The notes beneath the pieces are model-generated. The model was not told where the DNA came from and searched no databases. It worked only from the letters and a program-made list of their open reading frames with translations. From Octopus bimaculoides (lineage: Eukaryota), in the NCBI RefSeq assembly GCF_001194135.2, contig NC_068992.1, positions 18,261,298 to 18,325,297 of the forward strand: DNA of 64,000 nt, in the 5' to 3' direction. A program made the translations under genes and the position numbers. Shown here one piece after another: positions 11,589 through 25,260 of this stretch. How positions within the stretch are numbered: position 1 is the stretch's first letter; the number at the start of each line of letters is the position of its first letter.

Positions 11589-12721
11589 TGCGTGTGTGTG
11601 TGTATGTATACTCCCAGGAACAGAGGGGAAGTGAGAGATAAACAGAGAGAGATAGAGAGAGAGGAGTGCTAGTGATAGATAAATGAGAAAGAGATCGGAG
11701 CGTAGGAGTTACTGCGTGTTGGTATCAATATGCGTACATGTATAAGAGCTTTGCAGATAATTCTCGGGAGATGATTCTGTGTACATAACACTACACGATG
11801 CGTAGTTAACATTATAAGATATATTGTTAAATATTCCAGCTGGAATTACGAAATGATCTACATGCCAAACTATTCTGCTCTTTAAGGTTCTGTGCTTTCT
11901 GAATTTAATTACTATTTCAGTTGAGAATAATTAGTCGAGAAATTCCTAAATTTTCATTAATGCGATATTGATTACTCACAAATAGATGTATAATGTTGCA
12001 TATAACATTAAAGCATTTCACAACAGCGAAAGTATTTAGTTTACGCACTTTAATCTCAACGTTCTACATATGTTAATGTACACAATGTTTTCATTACATT
12101 TAAAATACTGTGATGATATTTCTTAATATTTTTATTATATGAATCTTTAGAAGAATATATAGCTTTGCAGTCTTGATTTACGATCCAAATTTGTTCCCTT
12201 GTTTCAGCTATTTCACTTTAGCTATGGTACATAACACCTTACAAAATATTTCATCATTTATCGACTATTATAAGAAAAAAATGTAGATTTAATTCTTAGA
12301 GGAACGAAAAGTAGTTTCTTTTGTATTGTGTCAAAATAGTTTATCATTTAAATACATATGAGGATGTCTATATATGCAGCTATATGCATGAGAATACATA
12401 CATAAAATATACAAAATTGCACATACCTGCACATATGCATAAATACAGACAGACAGACAAACAGACATACAAAATACCCTGTTGTTGATGCTGAAATTCC
12501 AATGTAGGAGCCTTGGATTTTGGTTAGAAACCGGTTCTTTCTCTATTGGCAAGAAATCTTGAAATAAACTGAATAGCGACATACGTACACATATCTGTGT
12601 GCGCGCATGTGTTTAGGAAGATGATGATGTGTATGTGTGTGTGAAGGTGTGTGGCATAGATACATACATGCATACAAACATACATACCATCATACATACA
12701 TACATACATACATACTTGCAT

Positions 12722-12895
12722 ACACGCATACGGCGGTCTCCTTCAGTTTCTTTCCACCCCAATCTACCCTTCAACCTTTAGTCGGTCGGAGACCATAATA
12801 GAAGACATCTGTCCAAGGTGCAAGGCAATCAAACTGAACCCGAAACCATATGCTTGGGAAAGCAGGCTTCTCATCTCAAAGCCATGACTGCATCT
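12722..12895 (-). mobile_element. SINE family B, diverged 5' portion
   Basis: TAGAAGACATCTGTCCAAGGTG...GAACCCGAAACCATATG is the reverse complement of the head/CORE-like part of 47709-48034. Confidence 0.75.
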
Positions 12896-13224
12896 ATACG
12901 TATATGAATTTTAATTAACCGAGCAAGGTAATTTACTTTAAATTTCATCATTTCATCATAGCAATACATTTACAGTTATTCTGTGGGATTAAATATCGAT
13001 TAAAACATTCTAGGAATGTTTGAATCATCGATTCACTTCATATAACTGCATGAAACATCATATATTATTGATGGCATATATTGTTTTGTAGTTGTTATGG
13101 TTCATACACAATATTGGACTCAAAGAACGTGAGCCAAACTTCGATCTCTTTTACGTTTTGTAAAACTCATTTTCCATTATATTTGATTAAGCTTTGCGTA
13201 TTTAACTTTTATTTTTATATTTTA

Positions 13225-13400
13225 ATTTCTTTCCGCCATTCGACTCCGGCCATGGTGGTGGCGACGATTTGAAAGGTGTAGTCGAACAAATTGATTCCGG
13301 TACTTTTCTATTGTTTCTCTTTGAAGTCGAGTGCTTATTCTCTCGGTCTTGTGTCGAACCATTAGGCTACCTGAGAGTAAACAAACTGGTTAGGCTACAT
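13225..13400 (-). mobile_element. SINE family B, 3' portion
   Basis: TAGTCGAACAAATTGATTCCGGTAC and GCTTATTCTCTCGGTC..CGAACC match the reverse complement of the 47940-48010 tail and the 31371 fragment. Confidence 0.65.
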
Positions 13401-13465
13401 GGAGTAAACAAAGTGGTAGGTTACCAAATACGAACAGAAAGACACGATTAGACATCCATCCATAC

Positions 13466-13518
<53 letters not shown>

Positions 13519-13849
13519 NNNNNNNNNNATGGGGTATCGCAAAAAGCGTCGTTGGAGACCCAACCTTCCGAGTTCCCGATCAAGATAGATAAGGAAGTAG
13601 TGGTGCAAAGCAGTGTTTAACTAGGAGCACAATTTAGGTTTGTTGAAATATGTTTGTCACATATGTTTGTCATACACACACACACCACACCACACACACA
13701 TACACATACATTCGCATAAACACAAACGCACACACACGCGCATGCTCACGCCCGCGCACACACAGGCACACACACACACACACACATGTGCGTGTGTGTT
13801 TGTGTACAACGGGTGTGTGTATACAACGGGTGTGTGTATACAACGTACA

Positions 13850-13985
13850 CAGCTTCCGTATGTCAAATTTAACTCAGAAGTGATTGCCCAGTTAAACTCA
13901 CCTGCCCGAGGCGCTGCGGAGTGGGACTGAACGTGAAGCCAAGTGATTTCAAATGGAGCTTCTTAACTGCACAGCTATCTCTACG
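13850..13985 (-). mobile_element. SINE family B head, diverged
   Basis: CACCTGCCCGAGG..GTGGGACTGAAC (reverse B-box GTTCAGTCCC)...CACAGC; resembles the 47709 head. Confidence 0.65.
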
Positions 13986-14348
13986 CTTGTCTAATAAAAA
14001 GGAAGCATTCATGTTGCCACGCCTTTTTGAAATGAAATTCCTGTTCTATAAATCCAGTAAAAATAGTTTACTGTAAATGGACTACACGTCTATAATATCA
14101 TAATACTTCCATCTTACAAAAAAAAAAAAAAACTGAAAAAAAAACTGTATCTCTTGTTTCAACGACATCGATACACCGGTTCGACTTTCACTTGAAACAG
14201 CTCTACTTATTTACATAGCCATCGAAGCATAACGAAGTGATATAATGGGATTTCTGCTTGAGGAGTTAGGTGTTAATATAACAAGCGTTAACTGGATGGA
14301 CATAGAGTACATTATTCTTCTTTTACTGCTTTTATACTGATGTATGTA

Positions 14349-14509
14349 CAGCAATCCCTCGGCTTATCGCGGTTCACCTATCCCGCACTCAGCACCTCGC
14401 GGATGTTTCTGGCTAATATATGTAAATTTATATCGCGGACTCCACACTATATCCGGGTTTCTGTGGGAGACTTTAGAACGTAACACCCACGATAGTCAAG
14501 GGATTACTG
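14349..14509. mobile_element. Tigger/pogo-like MITE, 161 bp
   Basis: TIRs CAGCAATCCCTCGGCTTATCGCGG and (reverse complement) CAGTAATCCCTTGACTATCGTGGG; TA on both sides (14347-14348, 14510-14511). Confidence 0.85.
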
Positions 14510-16489
14510 TACTGCAAAGTAAAGAGGAAACAATAGTTAGGTGGATGTTCTGAAGATTTGCCACATTTTAACTGTGACTTTGACACTTTTAAACCCAAAC
14601 AATTTCACTGTAATCTCCCGTTTCCACTTCTCGTGATATTTATTTTATTTCACCCCTAACGAGTTAATTATTATTTGTAATTATATTTATATTAACTGTA
14701 ATTTTTGAAACTATTCTGTATCTTGTTTACCATTCGATCAGTCAAATATACGAAGCAAGTGAGCTCTGAGTGATAGGTTAAATTCCTTGGGCAGTTTAAT
14801 TTAACGCCTCTGTTTGGTATTTGAATGCTTTGACAGATTCTACAAACAGTTTGAACTGGATTTTATTCTGTGGGTAAACTGGGCAGCTCCTCCCTACAAC
14901 GTCTGGAACCGTGAAAAAGGTCAAAAATGATGTCGTTTCTCCTCAAGACTTAAAAAAGAAAGCAGAAGTTAAACTAAAGGTCAACACAGTCGAGTAGACC
15001 AATATTCTCTATTTCTATAAGAGATTCTTCATCTCTTCAGAATAACTAGCGGAACAAATGAAAATATTCCGTAAGTCTAAGGTCTAAACATTAAAACTAT
15101 ACGTGTGACTTGTGATACGACTTTGTGACATTATCCTTACGCGAAGATTATGTTGCCTTTAGAGAAGACAATATTATAAATCTCATTCTTATTTAAATAA
15201 GTTTAATTTATTATTCATGTTCGATTAATATATAGTTATAATGGTATAGGTGCTTATTGTTATGTGTGTGTGCATAGTAATATTATTAAAGTAATGGTTG
15301 GTGTCAACTCATTCGATATGCTCTCTGCGTCTATTTGTATATTCAAACTGTGTTAATGTAATTATGATGGACTGTACTTCTGCGACACCATTTACATAAA
15401 TCGCTTTAATGTCTTGTTCGATAGATGTTCTATTTCAATAGAAAAGGTTAAACAGCCTGCTAAGAAATGTCAAAATGGCCGATGGTAGTGTTGTAATGAA
15501 GTTAAACTAGGAATTTAGATATCTCTGTAACTTTAATTACGTGAATTATAACAACATCATGCATTTTACGTTAACATATGGTAATTAAGTAAGCTTAATT
15601 TCTCTATTTCATGCGAGACATCTTCACTTATGAAATCATGTCTTTACTTGTATTCATTTATTTTATTTAACGAATCTTTTGCATGCTTATGATCCTAACA
15701 TTATGCTTTGGAGTATATACGTATGTATATGCATATAATTGAATGTATGTGAGCATGACTCGATTACATGTCTGCAGCTTAGCCGCTTCTTTTTGAAAAT
15801 GCTGTGTTTGACGTAATAAGGAAATGTATACTCCTATACCAAAAATATCTCAACTTTATAAAGTAAAAAGCAAAGCAAAAATCTCTTTAAACTGGTTCGT
15901 TGAGATTCAGTCAAGTTATAATCTTTGATACTATTCAAGTTATTAGTAAATTCATATGGAGTTAAAATTTTAGAGGAAATTATATTTGAAACATATTTCT
16001 CACATAGGAAAAAGCTAAGTCAAAGATAGAGAAGAGATGCAGCCAATCAATGGACCCTGGTACATGTGTTGTATGCAAATTTATCAGTCTCGGAAGAATA
16101 AAAGACAAAAATCGACATTGTATCCTTCGAGAACGTAGAAAAGGGTAACGAAATTGTCTTAGATGATGAGTTCGGCATCATTATTCTGCCAATCCAAGTT
16201 AGGAATCACACCTTACATACTTGATATATACATTGGGATGTATACAGCCAGCTATTTGGGGAAAATCTTAGATATAATCTGATGACGTATAAGGGTGATT
16301 TAACCTTGTTAAGTCTTTTAGGATACGTTTCGCTTGTTGACATGGATTTTTCTCTCGGGAAGATTTCTATTTCCTTGCATTAACCATAGCTATCTAGTGA
16401 TTTCTAACGTAGTTGCAAGGACCTAAAATTTGATATGAAGTAAGTCGATCAGTAAAGTAAATCAGTTAAGCTATGTGAAGGTAACTTTC

Positions 16490-16550
16490 GTTTTCGAACC
16501 TGTGAAGACGAAAGGTAAATCTGACCTCGGCGATATTTAAACTCAGCATT
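16490..16550 (-). mobile_element. SINE family A fragment (a second fragment near 16036-16120)
   Basis: GAAAGGTAAATCTGACCTCGGCGATATTTAAACTCAG matches the family A core. Confidence 0.6.
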
Positions 16551-19500
16551 TAGGTATATAAGATAATTTTACTAGAACTTGTGACAGGCATGTTGCCGTG
16601 TCTATAATTAAAATCAATTTGGTCCTATATTTAAGGGTTTTGTGCCTTTCGACTCACCGCAGATTTAAGCGTATAACTGTATTTAAACGCATGTGTCTTT
16701 TGTTAAGTCAACATCCTCATAAGTTATCTTCGGTGGAAGGTAATCATTTTATTAAAATAGCTTCATCAGTCAGAGAAGTGCATTAAAACATTAAGTTGAA
16801 AATAGCTTTATCGCATTTTACATTAATTAATCATATACCAACTAAATAAACTCTGGTAGTAAAAAGTGCATTCTAAAGAAATTGAACCTGAAAGTTTAGA
16901 GGGCAGATAATTGAATTAATACTCAGGCGAATACAAATAGAAGATAGAATTTATTCCCATCATAATTGAAAATCTTACGAAGCCAGCATATTCTACCATA
17001 ATAGGTAGCATTAAAACTGAAATCTAGTTAATAATAAATCAAATGGCATTGATTGAAAATCCATCTAAATTTCTGCGGGCTGTTGATTTGTTGAATTTCA
17101 TTGAGGTGCAGCATTATGCCACTTTAATATAATTATGTTGAACGCAGTAAATATAGTGCAAATTTGCACACTTACGTACACTGCTTCATTTCTTCTAACG
17201 ACTTGTCCCCTTGAGAATCCGCGTACATCGGTACTTTTACACATACGGACGCTCTAGTTTGTAGAGACATGCATATCCATACAAATTTACTCTTAAAATG
17301 CATAAAAGCCGTCCACGCACATACATAGAAGCACATATCGCCATTCAAAGACCATTGTATGTCCCAAAGAGGCATGCAATAGTCTTTGAATCCACATCAC
17401 TCGATCTTCATACGCACGCGCGCGCACACACACACNNNNNNNNNNNNNNNNNNNNNNNNNNNNNNNNNNNNNNNNNNNNNNNNNNNNNNNNNNNNNNNNN
17501 NNNNNNNNNNNNNNNNNNNNNNNNNNNNNNNNNNNNNNNNNNNNNNNNNNNNNNNNNNNNNNNNNNNNNNNNNNNNNNNNNNNNNNNNNNNNNNNNNNNN
17601 NNNNNNNNNNNNNNNNNNNNNNNNNNNNNNNNNNNNNNNNNNNNNNNNNNNNNNNNNNNNNNNNNNNNNNNNNNNNNNNNNNNNNNNNNNNNNNNNNNNN
17701 NNNNNNNNNNNNNNNNNNNNNNNNNNNNNNNNNNNNNNNNNNNNNNNNNNNNNNNNNNNNNNNNNNNNNNNNNNNNNNNNNNNNNNNNNNNNNNNNNNNN
17801 NNNNNNNNNNNNNNNNNNNNNNNNNNNNNNNNNNNNNNNNNNNNNNNNNNNNNNNNNNNNNNNNNNNNNNNNNNNNNNNNNNNNNNNNNNNNNNNNNNNN
17901 NNNNNNNNNNNNNNNNNNNNNNNNNNNNNNNNNNNNNNNNNNNNNNNNNNNNNNNNNNNNNNNNNNNNNNNNNNNNNNNNNNNNNNNNNNNNNNNNNNNN
18001 NNNNNNNNNNNNNNNNNNNNNNNNNNNNNNNNNNNNNNNNNNNNNNNNNNNNNNNNNNNNNNNNNNNNNNNNNNNNNNNNNNNNNNNNNNNNNNNNNNNN
18101 NNNNNNNNNNNNNNNNNNNNNNNNNNNNNNNNNNNNNNNNNNNNNNNNNNNNNNNNNNNNNNNNNNNNNNNNNNNNNNNNNNNNNNNNNNNNNNNNNNNN
18201 NNNNNNNNNNNNNNNNNNNNNNNNNNNNNNNNNNNNNNNNNNNNNNNNNNNNNNNNNNNNNNNNNNNNNNNNNNNNNNNNNNNNNNNNNNNNNNNNNNNN
18301 NNNNNNNNNNNNNNNNNNNNNNNNNNNNNNNNNNNNNNNNNNNNNNNNNNNNNAATTGCTGTACGTTGGGACTGTATCCTAAGCCCACCGTCATGTATTA
18401 TTTATATATTTATTGTTGTTTTAAATCTATTTATCTTAAGTTTTTCAACACAGTGTGGATTGAGTAATATTTGGTTTCTCTTTCTAGAAATTAAAGTCAA
18501 AAACATCGATCGTAACTCGTTTTTCTCTTTCCTCATTGTTCTATTTTTCGAATGGAATCTCTGTGATATTCAGCTTTTGCTCAATTCTATTAATGTACAC
18601 CAGCAAATAAGCGTTCTTGTAGATTCACTTAATAATTTACGGAAACCAAACTTCTACTGCTATCAGCACACACCTAAAATAGAGCCCCATATTCAGCTTT
18701 CTATGATCTCTTAATTTTTGCTTATGTTCTCCTGTTACAATGTTAGGAACGTACATTATTTTTGATAGTGTTCTCGGCAGTAAAAAGGCCAGAAGATAAC
18801 ATTTAAACACAGTTGTATTGTGCGTAGCGTCGTTAATAAAGCATCAGAACGTTATTAATCATTAACTATTTTTTTTTTCCTTCGGAGGTGTTCGAATCCA
18901 TTGCCTTTTATAACATTAAGAATTGCGAACATAAAAATACCCGAAATACTCGTAGAAACACTGCAGCTATATATATAAAAAAAATTCCCATAACCAGAAG
19001 AAGACTCTTTAAATTTCCTAAAGAGAGAAAGAGGTCGAGAGAAATGGAAAATGGAAGAGATAATACAGAAATAGCTACGAAGCAGTCGCTAAAATGCATC
19101 ATACCTATAGGAGAATCCCATAAACGTATCACTGCTATTCAAGATGTCCGTGATCTATAAATTTCTAAAGATATCACAGCAAAATTATAACTACATATAG
19201 CATAGATTTAGAATATTTCCTATGTTTTAGAACAGGAATATCAGCTTGTAGTTGTTCAGTACATGTTTGTTGAAATATTAAACACACGACTGCTTGAAAT
19301 GACGGTCAGTTCTTTCGAAACTCTCTCATATGTGTTGATATTAAAGAACAAGCATAAGCTATAAAAATAATTTATTCATTTACAGATATAATTTATTTAC
19401 AGATATTTTCTTCATATATATTTATTGATTTGCGTATACTATTTATTTGCAGGTATTTACTTCGTGTATATTATTTGAATAATACAATAAATATTAAATT

Positions 19501-19804
19501 GTTGAATTCACTTGCTGAAACAGAAATGTTCCAGCGCTGACGTTGTATATAATTTATATCATTTAGTTTTTTTTTCCCCACAACAACCTTGATTCAGAAT
19601 CTCACATTCATAAACCATTCTCTAACTGCTACAACAGTTAGCAATATTCGACATCAGACCTATCAATGATAGAATGAAACCAGCATGCAAAACTGTATAA
19701 AAATTAATTGCGTCGAATCATTTATGGCTGCAGAAATTAATTACTCCGCCCAAGTTATTAAGAGGGATGTTTTTACTCTCGCGTAATAATTCTTCCAAAT
19801 ATTG

Positions 19805-20012
19805 ATTTCAAATTTTGGCACAAGGACAGCAACTTTGGAGGAAGGGGATAGGTCTACTATATCAACTCCTTGGCGCAACTGGTACTTATTTTATCGACCA
19901 CGAAAGGAGAAAATGCAGAGCTGACCTCGATGGAATTTGAACTCAGAACGTAAAAACGGACGAAATGCCGCAAATAATTTTTCCCAGCATGCTAACAATT
20001 CTGCCAGTGGGC
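19805..20012 (-). mobile_element. SINE family A, near full length
   Basis: CTGGTACTTATTTTATCGACC..GGAATTTGAACTCAGAACG..GCTAACAATTCTGCCAG. Confidence 0.88.
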
Positions 20013-20236
20013 TGGTTTAATACTTCGAAATATTAAGTGAAAACTAAACATCAGAACCTGAAAATACTATTATTCCTACTAGTGATAGAACTATTCATAT
20101 ATATCAGATATGACATCGTTTGGTAGTTTGTATAAAAGGAAAAAGAAAAGAAAATATCCTATCCAAAAGTTTAAATGCTTAAAATCAAAACAAAAAAACA
20201 AAAAAGAAGAAGAAATATCAACTGAGAGGTGACAGA

Positions 20237-20770
20237 TTATTCAAAGAGACCGCTCTCAGCTTCCACCAAAACCTCAAGACGGCTCTGGAAACTGGCGGAT
20301 GCTTTCCTCACTGTGTTTTTCTTTTTGGAAGTTCTTCTAACTTGCCCTTTATCGTCGTCAAAGGCTCTGTCTTGGTGTCTGCAGGCAGTGCGGTTAGTAT
20401 TTTTCTCACCCGCGCTCCACAAACGGCAATCTATAGTATATAGATATCAGATTGCAAATAGGGTAATTAGGAGGCCAGAATTTGGGGCTGGTGAAGTCGT
20501 AGAAAGTCTCCGACAACCACATCTGATTCTTTCTATAGGGATGGCATGGAACCGAATCCCGTTGGCACGCTTACAGCCTTTCGACAGCAGCTCTTTCGAG
20601 CTAGGTATTAACCACAATCACCAGCAGCTTCACATAACTGTCTGAGATTCAGCCGAAGGTCCTGATCAAAAGTTTGGGAATGAATTCCTGCGCACAGACA
20701 CAGCGAGAACGCATGTTGAGTCCCTGCAAGCAACGGCTTTGTAATATTTGTCGCCAATCTTTATGCAAAG
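20237..20770 (-). pseudogene. Decayed DD37D (maT-like) Tc1/mariner transposase, C-terminal half
   Basis: Minus strand: FDQDLRLN/SDSYVKLL..VV..*LER; CQRDSVPCH (WQQDSAPCH); WLSETFYDFTSPKFWPPNYPICN (WPPNSPD.NP.D); VWSAGEKNTNRTAC; SRLEVLVEAESGLFE*. D-to-D spacing is about 37. Confidence 0.85.
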
Positions 20771-20842
20771 TCGACTTCGACGGACGAAATATCGCTAAGC
20801 ATTTTGCCCGGCGTGCTAACATTTCTGCCAACTCGGTGCCTT
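20768..20842 (-). mobile_element. SINE family A head with the B-box deleted, abutting the maT relic
   Basis: AAGGCACCGAGTTGGCAGAAATGTTAGC...CGTCCGTC|GAAGTCGACTTTGC lacks the TTTACGTTCTGAGTTCAAATTCC segment present in other copies. Confidence 0.75.
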
Positions 20843-21696
20843 AAATGCATTCGTTAATAATGCTATGGCATGGCCATAGATAGAACGATTTAATCTTTGA
20901 TCAGAGGAAACCCTGGACTGAACAGCAACAGCGTCAATTCTAACCTGTTTTTTTGTAATCCAAAGCTATCTACACAGTACATGTTCTCATAGTGCTAAAG
21001 TTATAATCTCTACGCATCTATATATGGATTGGCTTCCAGTCTAGTTTAAGTTCATATCACACAATTGTAATGGAAATAATTGTTGGCAAACAACAAAACA
21101 CCGGTCAAGTCTTACTGCGTATATTTAAATATTTGTTAAGACTGAAGTTGTTGCGTTTAATCTTCTAGCTACATAAATAGCTTGAAAGCGTGGACTGCAA
21201 AATCGATAGGCACTGGGCAACCACTCGTGGGGTCATTATCGGTAGCCTTTTGCAGCATTGCATTGAATTCGTGGCTTTCTCACTTAATATTCAGTGGCCA
21301 AATGCCTTTGTTTTACGAAAGCATTATCCATCATTGTAATCAGTAACCACAATGGAATGTGCTTGATGTACTACCATTTGTATAAGCCTTTAATAACCTT
21401 TCGACCCATAAGAAATAGCTGCAAAATCTCTATAACATTCTAGCTTACTAATTTAAAACATGAAGTACAGTTTGGAGACTGAAATTGAAGAAATCTGGTG
21501 TAAACACACACACTCACACTCACAAACACTCAGTCACACACACTTAAACACACGCATATACACATACACACTCGCTCGCGCACAAATACACAAACGTACG
21601 ACAGACTAAAGTGGGAAAATCATATTCATATATCTGTACGTATAGAACTTATATGAAACTAAGCAACAACGACTGCAACTGCAGATGAGCTCATCG

Positions 21697-21732
<36 letters not shown>

Positions 21733-21920
21733 TCGTCGTCGTCGTCTCTACCGTCGTTGTAGTTATCGTCGTGATTATAATAATCATCACCGTCACCATC
21801 AGCATCACGATCGCCATAATCACCCCCACTACCACTACCATCATCAACAACCCTGGCAGCATAAGCATCAATATCAGCAGAACAACAGCAGCAACATAAA
21901 CAACGGTAGTAGCAGCAACA
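21697..21920. repeat. Mosaic of (CGT)n/(CAT)/(CAC)/(CAG)/(CAA) triplets
   Basis: Direct reading; explains the low-complexity ORF 21659-21871. Confidence 0.85.
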
Positions 21921-23024
21921 ATATCGGCAAATTTATGGACCTATAATCTCCGAACTAATTGATGATACGACATTTAGTATAAACGAAGGTGGTCAACGTC
22001 TGGCGATATATGCTTCTATATACTTTTATACTTCTGTGTAATAAACATGTTCGGATACTTTGTGATTTTATCAATCTTGATATTCTGAACGTATTTCATT
22101 ACAGTTCAAATGAATTAGAGTATTCCGTGTTCTATATGAATACGAGAGAGTTATATTTCAAAATAGAAGGAAATCCGAAGAAAGTATTATCCATATCGTA
22201 ATTTAAGACATAGAAGTAAAAAAAAAACAAAACAAAAACGAAGGATATATATCCACTTGCCTTCAAATCAAATAAGTATTCTATGTCCCTAAAGCACACA
22301 ACAGTAGAAGGTTGAAAATGTTTTAAGTCAGCATAAATAAAGTTACCTTCAAAATCTATATCATGTCAAATGGTAGCTAATATGAGATATGACGGTAAAT
22401 GAAGAAAAATGATAGAAGTATAGAAAGGAAGTTTGACTCTTGAGTACTACTAAAAGTTACTCAAGGATTGAGAAATATACTTTCAGTGGAGTAGATAAAA
22501 AATGGATGCGAAAATTGTGAATGCTATTGATTGTGACGGAAGAATAGGGATTAAACTTACGGGACAACACACTAATACACGGTCACACAATGTTACAGCT
22601 ACTTACATACGCTCACTCACACCGCGCACGTATTAAAGGAGTTTTAAAGAAATAAACACATGTATAAAAACACTCTGACTTAGCGTAACTCTAAAGATAC
22701 TTACACCCCCACACACTCACACACACACACACAATACACATATATATGTGCATCGGTTATAGTAGTGAGGAAGGCAAACAATTAGTCAAGACAGGACAAT
22801 GGCATTTAAATTCATTTAATTCAATCTAAAAATACAAAACTGGTAAAGATAGTGAGGATTGTATTATTTTATTATTTTTAGATTGAATTAAATGAATTTA
22901 CATGACATAGTCCTCCATTAACTAACTGTTTGCCTTCATCGCCATTTTGACCGTTACCTCTCTCTATATAAATCCTGATATACTCTTATATATATACACA
23001 TATACCTATATTTATTTATATATA

Positions 23025-23879
23025 CGTGGTATCCGGATTGTTCCCATAGTAACAAGACTAAAGAACGCAGAGTATAGCCGCTGGGAACTGATTGACTAAG
23101 TGCATGCGCACTAAGTTTCAACGTTCTAGGTTTCTTTTGCTGTCTACAACAGTGCTTAGAAGGAAGGTGTGTAGCGTGTTATCGTCGCATTGAGTATGAC
23201 TGAGTAAGTTGAGCAGAGACTCTGCATCAAATTTTGCCAAAAGCTTGAGAATACCTGCACAGAAGCCTATGCAAAGTTTTTCATCGTTTTTGATACTACA
23301 ATCAAAGAGATTTTGCGCAACTGAAACCTGAGTGTCTCTTTGGTCAGCTGAAAGCAGATTTCGTAGAGACTTGGCAGACACGGGTCTCATACACACATCT
23401 TCAGTGATAATGGACTTGAGTGAACTGTAACTCATCTGCACATCCTCTGATAACAGACGGATGCTGATTCGACGACGTCCCCTCACAGCTCAGTTCACAT
23501 CTGCAGTGTTTTTCTCAGTTCTGCTGGTTGCAGGTCTCCCAGAAGGTTCATCAATATCGACATTGTTCATCCACCTTGGGAAAGTCTGACCCACTCGTGC
23601 ATTTGTGTGAGGCTCATACACTCCTCTCCATACACTTTATGCAACTTCGCATAGACCTCTGAGTAAGTATCGCCACGACAACTTTCTCTGCCATGGTCAA
23701 TGCAACGATCACACGCTACACACATTTCGAAGCATTGCTGTAACAACTGGAAGTGACCAAGAGCATTAGTGTGTATGCACAGCAGAGGTCAAGGTTAATC
23801 TTTGCCGAGCAGCTTTACCTTGTTATGCTTTAGCTTCGTTACTATGTCAACAATCCGAATATATATTGAGCAGACCTAG
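23025..23879. mobile_element. Mariner-like composite made of two inverted 5' ends
   Basis: Plus arm 23025-23280 encodes MTE*VEQRLCIKFCQKLENTCTEAYAK. Minus arm 23879-23281 encodes GDTYSEVYAKLHKVYGEECMS, SGRPATSRTEKN and RRISIRLLSEDV..IITEDVCMRPVSAK..LSADQRDTQVSVAQ. The ends are mutually inverted (TCCGGATTGTTCCCATAGTAAC vs TTCGGATTGTTGACATAGTAAC). Confidence 0.85.
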
Positions 23880-24001
23880 CATAGGTATACATATATGTAT
23901 ATATGCGTGTGTATATATGTGAATGTTAATACACGTGCGTGTACGTATATGTGCGTATATATACATGCTTATAGACACATATAAATACACACACGTACGT
24001 A

Positions 24002-24041
<40 letters not shown>

Positions 24042-24225
24042 NNNNNNNNNNNNNNNNNNNNNNNNNNNNNNNNNNNNNNNNNNNNNNNNNNNNNNNCACA
24101 CATCCTACGCAAAACACTTTCAATACAGTAAACATAAGAGCACCACAGCAAACCACAGCACATACGCAAGGCGCACAGAGCTGCGCTCGGTAGTGAAGTG
24201 AAAGCACGTTATAAAAATAAAACTA

Positions 24226-24229
<4 letters not shown>

Positions 24230-24278
<49 letters not shown>

Positions 24279-24309
24279 TATTAATAATAATATCAATAAT
24301 AATAACAAT

Positions 24310-24405
<96 letters not shown>

Positions 24406-24426
24406 AACAACAACAACAACAACAAC
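24230..24426. repeat. Compound microsatellite (AAT)n-(AAG)n-(AAC)n
   Basis: Direct reading. Confidence 0.95.
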
Positions 24427-24739
24427 AAAACGCGTACATACACACGTACAAACACACACACACACATAAACAAACACATACGCAGAGATATACTGCATTG
24501 GAAGATAGCATCATGATTTATTGTTACTCCTAACTTTACATTCGCCTCCGATTCCGAAAAGTGACGTGGCAATATTGTTAGAACTATGTAATAGTACAGA
24601 AGATTTGCTGTCTTACTTCCGACGTTTGTGACACTCGGTGTAAAATTATCACATGGTAACTAGACGTCTCTAGCTAACTTTACTTTGTAGCAAACACACT
24701 AGTCACGTTTCTGATTTGATCATAAGTCCCTCTCATTCG

Positions 24740-25260
24740 ACAACTAATTTGTAAGGCCAATGCATTCGCCTTCCATCACCTAATAAATATTGAAAATGGA
24801 ATTTGGATCAATCAGTACGTACAGTTTTCCGAAAGGAATAATACATAATACATCTTTCATAGGAAAGAGCACCTGAAAATTTCCGAAAGGTAAAAACATG
24901 GAAACAAAATCAAACATTTGGTGATCGAAGGCAAAGAGAACTGCGCATTTTTGCAGTCCGATATCCCTCACATTAATCCTTCAATCATCAAATCCCACTT
25001 CCCCAAAGCTGTGGATTTTGTCAAAATTATTACACAGGACATTCACTTGAACTTCGCTATAATCAAATATCCGAGAAAATCTCACTTGGTTTTTCATAAC
25101 ACCATCTGGTTCATAAAATACGGAGATTAGTTATTTGATATCTATGTGTTGATATGATGTCGCTCTAGTGTGCCAATTCAGAGCACTTTACATCCTCAAC
25201 GGAACTTTGTCATAGCATGAAGAATTTACGACCATCAAAGGTTTATCGATACCAGAAAAC
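24740..25260 (+). pseudogene. Penelope-like reverse transcriptase relic (fingers/palm)
   Basis: KENCAFLQSDIPHINPSI..KAVDFVK..II..RKSHLVFHNTIWFIKYGD*LFD, then M..YDVALVCQFRALYILN. Matches PLE RT patterns (CSF.[38 protein letters not shown]). Confidence 0.78.

Noticed and set aside
21659-21920. Thr/Val/Gln-rich low-complexity ORF
   Set aside because: A triplet-repeat mosaic with no supporting splice or homology evidence.
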